A stretch of 62,297 bases of DNA, counting the filler, from Bipalium vagum (lineage: Eukaryota): assembly GCA_037834085.1 (NCBI GenBank). It is 3 parts of 3 records of this genome, joined end to end, with 100 filler letters (N's around TTAATTAATTAA, not from the genome) between each part and the next. Parts side by side here need not be neighbours in the genome. Positions count along the whole stretch, not along the records: positions 45,333 to 62,297 come from JBBMKC010084316.1; 2 more parts are not named here. One strand, written 5' to 3'. This document shows positions 52,501 to 62,297 of the stretch, piece by piece. A program made the translations under genes and the position numbers. The notes below the pieces were generated by a model. The model saw only the letters and a list, made by a program, of their open reading frames with translations, was not told the DNA's origin and did not search any database. The stretch's first letter is position 1, and each line of letters opens with the position of its first letter.

Positions 52501-52639
52501 CGAATCGATTTCATTTTTTAAATAGATAAATTATTATTATATTATTCTCTATTGTTGGTAATTGGCTATGAAATTTATTGTATTTTATCTATTTGTAATT
52601 TATCCATTTCCTCATTTTTAGATTAGACCATGTATAGTT

Positions 52640-53509
52640 CAGACTGCTATGAAGATTTAGAGTGTATCGATGAAGATGTTACAAAAACTGCAAAGAATAA
52701 AAAATATATAATTATAGATAATGTCTCCAATTGTCAGGATGGTGTGAGCTAAAGTTCTATCTCCAAATATGAAAAAATATCTAAAGCAGCATTCAAAGCA
52801 ACGGGTGAATTTACGAAAATATATTGGAAGGTAAATGATGAAATAAAAACTTGAATTCAAGAGATTTTGGATAATGATTGTACAGGAACATTGCGGAATA
52901 TTCAGAAAGTAATTTTTGAAGTTTCATGTAAGAATATAACTAGCTAGAGTGCCTAATGATTTAAGAAGGCTACATTATAACTTAAAAATGCTGAAGCTGA
53001 TCCCAGAGGAAAGAAATAATTCTAAAATATTATAATTATAATAAATTATATATTATAAAAATAATATGCATGACTGTAAAATACATTGAGTGACGAATTT
53101 TTTGACTCTAATATTTTTTTGTAGATGACTTTGGATTCAACTTATCCACGAGAGTTAGGAAAGACAGATCAAAGATTGAGTTAACACCAGTAGCATCAGG
53201 TAAAAATAATAAATCTAAAAATGTAAGTGTTTGCTGTGGTAATTTCTTTGAATATAATGATAATTTCTTTGAATATATTGAAAGCGAAATAGTCAGTAAA
53301 TGTGTGGTTATGATGGAAAATGTTCCTTTTCACAAGTGTAACAGTGTCAAAGCCTTTTTACAAGGAAAGGAACATGCTATACAATACCTTCCATCTTTCT
53401 CTCCAATGCTGAACCAAATCGAAAATATGTTTTCGAAATAGAAAAATTTCGTGTAAAGAAGCAATTATGCTTCGGAAGATGAATTATTAGATGCCATGAT
53501 AGAAGATAT
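52640..53509 (+). mobile_element. IS630/Tc1-type (DDE_3) transposase remnant, interrupted at its 3' end by an LTR
   Basis: FFVDDFGFNL, VVMMENVPFHK and YLPSFSPMLNQIENMFSK. Confidence 0.85.
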
Positions 53510-54900
53510 TGTTAACTTGCTCAAAGTCAATAGGAAACTAAAAAATTACTAAAATTTATTTGTCTCAAAAAATATTCGCTTTCATAAAAATTAATAATTA
53601 AAACAATTTTAATTATTGATTTTACTGAATTATTAATTTACTTATAATCTTTATAATTCCTTATATCCCCCTTCAAAGAAATCTCTTCAGCTTTTCCACA
53701 TTCCTTTCAATCTGCTTACCACCACTTTTCTCTAGGATGTATCTTCGTGTGTCATGCACCTTTGTTATCACTTTATGGGCCTTTGAAGCTGCTTGATCCT
53801 TATTCCAACATTCGGCCTTGAATCATACTTCTTCTCCAACATTGAAACTTCTTCTGATCTCTGTTGTATCTATGAACTTCCCTTTGATTACTTAACTCGT
53901 ATGTGGCTCCCAGTTTATTCCTGATATTCTTGTACCAACACAAATTCAGCTGGACTTGCATTTATTGATTTCTGCCATGTGGCGTTAATAGCAAATTCGA
54001 TCTCTTTGAGTATGTCAGACCAATCTCTAATTTTTCTCATTCATTAGGTCTCTCATCGTCCGAAACTGTCACTAAATTTGACCATTCGTGTTGTGGTGGT
54101 AAGGACTTGAAAAGCATATCTTCATATTTAGTTTTTCTGGGAATCCTCTCATGCTTCTTGATTCGAAAACTCTCCCGTAGTCCACATTAAGTCGTCTTGA
54201 GCATCCAAATTTCAGGATCCATTCATTTAATAAACTTTTTTGAATTTTGTTTTCATCTTTTTCCCAATCGCCACTAGAACTACATACTTGCTTCGCTTAT
54301 CGATTATTCCAAAACCATACCTCTTACCACCAACCGTTTCTCTCAAAGGGCCGCATATGTCGACGAATATCTTAGTGTCTGGAACCGCTATTACTTCCTC
54401 TGTCGTCTTCAATGTGAGAACTTTATGCTTTTGACAAGGTCTGCATGACTGAACTACCTGTTTAATATTAGTTCTCTATCTTCGGTATACTTTTCTGCCC
54501 CCAAGTGTGTTAACTGATTATGCGTCTCTCGGATTATTTCCTCTGCTTTTTTCTCACTCATCCAATCGTCCGTAGAATCATCGTCTACTGTCATCACATT
54601 TAATCTTTTCGGTCGCATCTTTTCCAACTTTGCATCCTCGTGTTTTGTCTGGCATTGTATACATGTCGAACATTCTCTTCTTGATAACATATCTGCGTTG
54701 ACATGTAGTTCTCCTTTTCGATATTCCAGTTGTATATCTAAACTGCTTAGATAATTTAACCAGTTCTGGAACTGTGCCGTTATCGGTTTTTTGTTTCCAA
54801 CATGAATGTGATTGCCTTGTGATCCGTTCTGAGTAAGAATCTAAATACAATTAATGGGGACGACTGTGAAGAATGGATTCGAAATATGAAATCGTTTCTC
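53510..54900 (-). mobile_element. Gypsy/Ty3 LTR retrotransposon 3' part (RNase H end, integrase, PPT, ~156-bp LTR)
   Basis: LRTDHKAI, NADMLSR, H..LTHLG...C.PCQ, FVDICGPL and SSPYHHNTNG; PPT GAAGGGGGA at 53674-53666; LTR 53665-53510 (TATAAGG...TTAACA). Confidence 0.9.
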
Positions 54901-55335
54901 CGAATGTTCATGAATGGTGACATTGTTTTATAAATTACCAATTAAAATAAAACTGTTCCAACTTGAATTAAAAACCCTGTAGTAGCAATGTGAAAATCAT
55001 TTGCTACATTTGTATCGATTAAGTCAGCTTCCCCTATCAGTTGAAATGACTGAATCTGATGCCTTCTTTTGAAAGATTGCTGCCACCCGGAAGTTGCTTT
55101 GAAATTATTACTTTTAATTTCTTTTACAAGATCAAGACCTTTGTCCTTAATATGTAATCGGTAAGGATAAGAATTTTCAATCTTTTATGGTGAAACCATT
55201 TACAACCCAATATATAAATGGTCCTCAATATGCGTACATAATCCGCCATTTCTTTTTCAATTGGTTTCGGGTTTTGTTTAAATAATCTAATTTAAAATTA
55301 TTTACAAAGAGCGGTTTTTTAAAATGGTCATTAAA

Positions 55336-56728
55336 ATGAGTTATGTTGTGTTTTCTCTTCTGCTCGGGGCACTGATGGCTGTAGGTAGAGGAAAGTTTAA
55401 AGTTTTCAGTCTTTTCAAAGTCAAGTTTAGAAATTACAAAGAACAATTGTAAAAAACAAGTAAAATTCCACTCCAAATGTCTTTTTAAGGTCATCCTGCT
55501 GCCACCGTTGACGGAACGTGTGGACTGCCTTTTGAGTTTCAGCACTGTAACTAACAATTCTCGGCTGCTGTTCTCCAGCGAACGGATTTCGTTGATGAAA
55601 CAGGAGAGAACGACTCGACGATGTCCGTTTTTCGAAATAGACATCAGAACCAATTCGTGGGACCAGGACACAAAAGTGAATCTACTTTGTCTCGATGATG
55701 GCCATGATTGTTTTTGATGATGTTTCTCTCGATTCAGCTGTCGACGACTTGCGGCGGTCAAATCAGCCGCATAACGAGGCAGTTCGACGGATTCGTCAAG
55801 GCTCACTTGGTCTACGACAACCGAGGTTTGAAGGACAACGTCACCGTGGTCAGGATGGAGCTGAGTCTGGACGAGACAAGCGAGGAGGATTGTCGAGATG
55901 ACGATGGGCCTTCCCCGCCAATGTCAACTGTGCGGATTACGTCAAATGAAGTTCAATCATTTTGGGTTTGGCCCATGATCGCGGTGTTGTTGGGTATCGT
56001 CGATTATTTTTGGTGTTTTCTTTGATTTGATTGGTCCACCAATTAAGTTTTCGTATCGGGAATTGGTCACGCGTATAGGATGGGGAAAGGTATAATGAAA
56101 ATGATGAGGAAGAGAAAGAGAAAGAGAAAAACAAAAACAAAAGAGGTCATTTGTATGGAAGAAACGCGCGGTAATTTTTTCTTTGCTGAACGAAAAATTG
56201 GGTCGATATTTAAATTTTGTTTTTCTGTCAGATTTTGAATATCTCTGCGTGGTAAAAGAAGGAAAGGAAGGAGAACCAATGGTCATCCCTGTCAACCATG
56301 ACATTTTCAATGATGAAATATGGAAATCAATCAAACCTTTGATAGTCTTGGCCCCGTGGACCAAATTGGTGAAAAAAGAGAGACGTAAGTGATTTTTATG
56401 AGTTTTTTCCAGAAGATGCACAAAATACCAATGAAAAGACGACAATATTAATAAAGGAAAATGATAATAATAATAATTTCGACAATAACTGTTAGATCTT
56501 GCAAAGAATCTCTTGGAACAGGAGAAAGTTAACGTCCACAATGAAATAAAGAACTCACACAAACCTTTGGAGATGTCAGCGGATTCTTCGGAAATATTTG
56601 ATGAAAACGAAAAAGAAAAGGGTTAGTTCCGATCTCTAGTCGATTTCTGTTGAATGTCATTTTTTATTCCTTTCTTTTCCAAAGGACCTCCAGAGGCACA
56701 ATGTGACAGTCAAACACCACTAATATGA
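55336..56728 (+). CDS. Uncharacterised type-I membrane protein, 7 exons, ~333 aa
   Basis: Exons 55336-55380, 55421-55675, 55738-55993, 56048-56170, 56232-56384, 56496-56621 and 56685-56728, all GT-AG and in phase. Signal peptide MSYVVFSLLLGALMA, TM FWVWPMIAVLLVFVSGIG, RKRKRKRK stop-transfer, ends DSQTPLI*. An alternative in-frame ATG lies at 55324. Confidence 0.75.
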
Positions 56729-56975
56729 AGACCATGTCAGATCAATTTCTTCGTTTTCGTTTCACTTCGTTTGTTATTATCGATTATATTTGGTGATCTT
56801 TCATTAAAAAACCTTTGTTTTTATTTTCAAAAAACAAAACAAAGCGGTTCTTTTGAGTAGGACCACTCACACAATAACTTAAAGTGACCACGTGCAACCT
56901 TACTCGAAGATTTCTGGTATTGTATAATATTTTATCTAATGAATGTTTGCGAACAGAACTTATTGTCCAATCCGA

Positions 56976-56977
<2 letters not shown>

Positions 56978-57030
<53 letters not shown>
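56978..57030. repeat. (TTA)n microsatellite
   Basis: About 17 perfect units. Confidence 0.95.
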
Positions 57031-58054
57031 TTCATCAATTCTGAATACGCCTAGATTCTATTTTTATTCATAATTCATCGATATTGATTATCTCAAGAAC
57101 CCTTCGACTCATCAGATTTGGAGTGTTGACATTTGCATATGTATCACGAGGGCAACCGAGGGTCAAAATCCTTTGAGCCGGAAATTAATTTTATCAAAAA
57201 AACGGTTTATAGTTTAATAAATTTAGCGTCAGTTTAAAAATATTTTGTTGCCCCAGCCACTCTCCATTCCTTTCTGTTCTGCCTGTTTGTCTATCAAGAC
57301 CTTGTTACCACCGCTTAAGAACGTGACGTCCGTGATCGGGAAGGTTGTTGAAATGATAAAATAAGAAATTAATCGCTCTCAAGGATCGGTTCATCAGAGC
57401 ACGACATTGCGCATTATTCTGGATTGAAATCATTGTTCCTTGGGTTATACCTTTGGGGCATATTTTCTTCTTAACAAATTACATAGACGTCTTTGTATTC
57501 AATGTATCTTCTGGATCTCTCTACACCTGCTGAAGAACAACTGAAGGGTTCGTATAGGGAAAGGTTGTCTAAGTGATCGCATAAAATCTAATCGCTCCTA
57601 AGCTCAAAAAGTTTCGGAGAAAAGTCGGCTGACCGCTTCACTAAGTTTATAATTGGAAAAATTATAAAAAGAAAAAGAGGATGAGGTAATGGAAAAAAAA
57701 GAAAAATTAATTTTTTTATCATCATTATTATTATTATTATTATTGTTAATATTTTTAATATTAACAACGAAAATCAATCAACAATAGTAACTTTCAATTC
57801 CATCTTTTGTTTTCCTTTGCTTTTCGTCGTCATCATCTCTTTGTCTTTTTGTTTCTCCCCAGTGTACTCTAATTTTTGTTCTCTTTTGATTCACAGTTTT
57901 GGTTTACGTTCGTTCCTGTTCTCGACTTAACTCTAACATTGTTCTGACTGCAGAGTTGCTTATGTACTCTCCAGTTCTCCTCCTTTTTCTAATCATTAAT
58001 CACAACATGGATAACTTCCGTCTTTTGCCTTTACCTACTAAGAAACCAGGAGCT

Positions 58055-58251
58055 TTCAATTATCCAGCTCAACAAGTTCTTAGTCGCTCAAGCTGAATAA
58101 TTGAATCTTCACCTGCTCTCAATTCTAAGTCCGCAAGCTCCTCATCTCTGCGTGGCGCATCCGCTTCCCTTTTCCATTAGGATAAAGTCAATCGATTAGG
58201 TTTAATTATTCAGCTCTACCCAAGCGTGTTCGCTCGAGCTGAATAATTAAA
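58055..58251. repeat. Two directly repeated 51-nt hairpins (16-bp arms, 19-nt loop)
   Basis: 58055-58105 and 58201-58251; arms are TTYAATTATYCAGCTC / RAGCTGAATAATTRAA. Confidence 0.85.
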
Positions 58252-58659
58252 TGGATTTGGTTTCCTAAAAATAATCAATGAAAATAAACATTGATTTTTA
58301 ACTATGGAAAAGTGATCATTATAATTTACCATTTTTACATTTGTTATAATTTTATAATTATCAACACATTAACATAATTGTTAAGTTTCTCAAAGGCACA
58401 AAAAAGATAATCTATAAAATACCCGTTTAAAATATTAATTAAGTGGATTAATTAATTAATTAGGTAATAAATTTTAATTAACCTCTTATAAAGTCCTTAA
58501 AAATTTTTCCCAACAATTATTTTTTACATAATTACACCTATTAAAAATAATTGAAATATTACTACGTGTTTTTACAATTCTTTCAACAATAAAAGTCTTC
58601 TTACAAGAATAAGTTTTGCTTCTAAGCCAAAATAACGTTTTCTTCTGATACAACATTCT

Positions 58660-58840
58660 AAGTTTTTTTGATTATAATCAAATAAAAAATTATTCAACAT
58701 AGAATGAAGGTAAAGCTGTGGTCATTGAAAGATTTAAGAAAACTTTGTAGAATATGATGTTTTAAAAATTTACAGAACAAGCAAACAGAAAATGGCTATC
58801 CTTATTACCAAATTTAATAAATGGTTATAATAATGAACCA
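58660..58840 (+). pseudogene. Polinton retroviral-like integrase fragment
   Basis: YST*NEGKAVVIERFKKTL*NMMF*KFTEQANRKWLSLLPNLINGYNN. Confidence 0.85.
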
Positions 58841-59129
58841 CTTTTTGATTGAAAAAAAAGAATAAACAAAAAAATTAAAATAGAATAATTTAGTATGGTA
58901 ATTTAATATATTAAAATTACTCTTTTATAAAATGAATAATTTTCTGCAAAATTTTAATATATTTAAACCGCATATCATTTCAACTTCTAATGACGAAAGT
59001 TTAATTAATGGTGTTAATAAAATTAATGATTTTTTACTAATACCTGATAATATAAGCCTATTTAACAATAATAAAAAAATCAAAGATAAAGAAAAATATT
59101 TTGAAGAATATTTTTTAAAAATTTAATAG

Positions 59130-59440
59130 AAGTCTTGAATAATGTTGGAAATATATAAAAGATTGTTCCGCATTGATCCAATTATAGCAAGAGGAACAAA
59201 AGTTTTAGAAATACTTAAAGAATATTTATATAATCAAAATCAATTAATAAAATAAAAACTTGATTATCCGATGAGAATATACATGTTAGTAAATCAGATT
59301 TACATTTTTCAACAGAAATTTATAAACTAGATTATCAATATCCAAGATTTAGATTACTATCTATTTCACTTCATTATTGTAAACATAATTTTGCAATAAT
59401 TAAGAGTTATTGAGAAAAATATTGAATTTTGGAAATCTTC
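59130..59440 (+). pseudogene. Disrupted homologue of the 1069-1377 small protein
   Basis: IARGTKVLEILKEYL...LSDENIHVSKSDLHFSTEIYKLDYQYPRFRLLSISLHYCKHNFAIIK/VIEKNIEFWK. Confidence 0.65.
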
Positions 59441-59869
59441 TGATTTTGACGTTGATTATATAATTTCTGCCAATCCTCGAAGAAGTGCCTACGCCGATTC
59501 TCGAGAAAAGGGCGCTACGACGACTATATGTCTTCCAATGAAGATGAAGTTTGGTCTTTAAAGAACTATGATTTTCATTAGAGAAATAAAATAGAATTAG
59601 TTAAAAATAGTCTAACTGTGTAAGACTTTAACTTAATAATTGTATATTTGAAAATTAAATAAATAAATTTTTATATTATATTTATTATTAAGTAACTATT
59701 ATGATTTTTGAAGAATAATTATACTTTCTCATTTTCTTCCGTCTATAAGCTAAGCAGTAAAAAAATTAATGGTAATTCATAATTACTATTATAAGCTTCT
59801 TTTTACGAACTTCGACTTAAGCCTCATTTGAGAGATTTTGTCTAACTTTTGTTTCAATATTAAACATTT

Positions 59870-61234
59870 TCCCACCTATTTCCATACATTTTTCTTGACA
59901 CAAAGCAAAATTAGTTTTTCCTTTAAAATCTGAATCTTTTAACATATGTAAAGTTACAACTGCATCATTTAAAAATAGATTTTCTAGTTGATTTTTAAAA
60001 TCAAAACAAAATATAGAATATTAACCTTGAAATTCTTATAAACTTAATTGAGAATCATTACTGAAGTATTTACATGCTTTGAAAAAGTTCTATTATTTTA
60101 CTTATTCAAAATTGAAAAGAATTTAAAAGATAACAAGAATTATTAACTTGAATTCTTAAACTTTTTTATTTTATTTTGAATAAACAAACTATTATTTTTA
60201 TTAAAATCAAATTCTGATTCTTTAAAAACAGTAAATATATAAATCGGTTTATTTGGTAATTTATATAATTTTAATGTTTGTGTAGTTCCTTCTGTTAAAT
60301 TTCTTTCTTCACAATGTCTGGATAAAAATTTTAATTTATAGATTTTTCATCATTTATTCTTGACAAAACATTTAATTCACTAGATGGATTTGTAATTCTG
60401 AAATAAATAATTTTAAATCAATTAATTTTAATTTTGGGCCAACTTTGTTGTAACAGGCTTTGCCTCATCTCCTCGGTGTTCATAAAATATTTCTTTATCA
60501 ATATCACTTTCTTGTGTTAATTGTGTTAAATGTCAATTCCCTTGGGATTTTATAAATTATTCTCTTATAATTTTGTAAAAATTCACACATTAATTTTAAT
60601 GGAAATTCACTAATGAACTTGTTGTTAGAATTAAAAATTTTTCTAGTTTTAAATCCTTTATTATCTTTAACTGGATCACCTTTAATTTTATCTGGTATCC
60701 AACCAAATATTTCTCTATTATTATTTTTATCAATCATTACAAAATTTGTTATAGAATTTGATGAACCAACCTTTTCAATTGTTTCTATTTCAGTTAAACC
60801 TAATTTCAAAGTAATTATGGAAAGAAGCTATTTTGTAAAGTTATTTTTTCACCATCTTTTATATCTTGGATTTCAATTTCGGAAATTTAAATTGAATTAT
60901 GTCTTCAGTCTAATGTGGAGTAATAATTATTTTATATGCAAACATTGTTTATTTGAATCATTTAATCGCTTTGCTTTTATTGATCTATCAATAATCAATA
61001 TTTAAAAGTAATGTGTTAGATATAGAAACTATGAATGACAAAGTCTTTATAAGACACTGCATTTGCAATGAATTTTAGCAGGAATAATCCACTATAGCTG
61101 TCTATGCATTGATATATTTCTTACTTGAATATAATGTATCTTTTTCGCATCTTTTTCTGATGTTTGTAGACGTCACATTCCATATAAGCCAAAATAAAAA
61201 TTTTATTTAAATCCAACGCAAGTAATGTTTTTCC
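59870..61234 (-). pseudogene. Polinton double-jelly-roll major capsid protein, decayed
   Basis: FEIQD, FPLKLMCEFLQNYKRIIYKIPRELTF (pattern PL..LFGF...Y.KII....EL...R), KPIYIFTVFK, QVNN and YSIFCFD...Q.E. Confidence 0.8.
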
Positions 61235-61299
61235 ATTAAATAAAAATAAAAAATAATAAATAAAGGTTTATTTTATTGAATTATTTTTTTATTTCATTT

Positions 61300-61830
61300 T
61301 ACATGAAATTCTAAATTCCTCTGCTCTATCAATCAGATCAAAATTACTGGTTCTCTTATTACCTGATTTTCAGAAAATAATTAATATATTGGATGGGATT
61401 TAAAAATTAAATATATTTACAGAACCCCTCTCGTAAAATATTTGTGATAAATTAAGATGATTAAATTTATAAAATTATCATAACAGAGATTATCCTTTTT
61501 AATATATTATCTGTTTCCTTCTTGTCTTAAATGCGACTTCGTTTTAACTGAAATTTGTTTAAGGTCTACAGTTATTTAATTACTTTTGCATTAAAATCAA
61601 CTCATTCATAGTTATCATCTATCGTTTTAATTTCATTTTATATCTTCTAAGAACAGTATTCATTGGAAATTCATGAAGAATATCGCTTGCAATAAGAAAG
61701 TAAATTCGATTGTTCATCACTAATATAACATTCTTCTATAATATTACATAAATTCGGCAAAAATGGTGTTTTTTATTTATACTTTAAAACTTGGATCTTG
61801 ATTTATTTTATGGATTTCTATACTACTACC
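61300..61830 (-). pseudogene. Possible Polinton minor capsid (penton) remnant
   Basis: Lies immediately upstream of the major capsid gene on the same strand; its end (..NLEFHVK*) weakly resembles penton C-termini. Confidence 0.3.
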
Positions 61831-61921
61831 ATAGCTCTAAAATATAAATAAAAAAAATATGGAAAACATTTTATTAAAAATGATGAAAAAAATTTACCAA
61901 AATTTTTAAAACCAATGAAAT

Positions 61922-62110
61922 ATGGATGAAAATCAGTCTACTCATTATTGTGAAATCAGTGATAAAATTTTCATAACTATCACAGCTTTTATAAGTCATT
62001 CAAAATCTAAAGGTCATAATGAAAATTTACTTAATACACACAACTTATTTATTGAATTACATAATAATGAATCAATTGTCCAATCAGACTTTTTTAATCT
62101 GTATCAAGTA
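61922..62110 (+). pseudogene. Degenerate C2H2 zinc-finger ORF start
   Basis: YCEISDKIF.....FISHSKSKGH; the second Cys is lost. Confidence 0.45.
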
Positions 62111-62154
62111 TCTTTCATTACTTTTTCTAAGGATTTCCAGGCATTTTCTGTTAC

Positions 62155-62262
62155 TGGGGTTTTCCGAAAATAGGCCGAGGGCTTATTTTTCCAAAAATAA
62201 TCTATAAAACATGTGCCAAATTTTCCGAAAATAAGCCCTGGGCATATTTTCAAAAATAAAAA
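62155..62262 (+). mobile_element. pogo/Tc2-like terminal region
   Basis: Duplicated TTTTCCGAAAATARGCC..GGGC.TATTTT motif. Confidence 0.45.
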
Positions 62263-62297
62263 TTCTTATCTTTATTAAATATAGTTAAAATTCAAAT

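Noticed and set aside
55385-55489. Ultra-short 25-30-nt introns in the orphan gene (also 56385-56412)
   Set aside because: Alternative sites give a 40-nt intron, an in-frame read-through and a 111-nt intron without needing them.
57095-57120. Additional hammerhead candidates (CTGATGAG on minus; also 18425-18455 and 33128-33145)
   Set aside because: No complete stem II/GAAA/NUH arrangement.

Overview
AT-rich, repeat-dense invertebrate nuclear DNA (a flatworm/planarian-like origin is inferred, not proven). It consists of three segments joined by artificial 100-nt linkers (44N-TTAATTAATTAA-44N). Four host genes can be built by hand from GT-AG exons: (1) a 5'-complete but 3'-truncated TEX2-like TM/PH/SMP lipid-transfer gene; (2) a discoidin-domain-receptor-like membrane protein with no kinase domain visible; (3) a two-exon DEG/ENaC channel with a TATA box; (4) a complete 7-exon, ~333-aa type-I membrane protein that the ORF track misses and that I cannot assign to a family. 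The rest is decayed mobile DNA: Tc1/mariner, pogo ends, piggyBac, hAT, a Gypsy element with PPT and LTR, AGT..ACT solo-LTR-like units, and Penelope elements with minimal hammerhead ribozymes. There are also extensive Polinton/Maverick (adintovirus-like) remnants near both ends of the window and at 49.8-52.5 kb: two pPolB types, protease, integrase, major capsid protein, a Gly/Ala-rich virion protein and two diverged copies of an unrecognised small gene. All calls come from manual reading and motif recognition; no searches were run.
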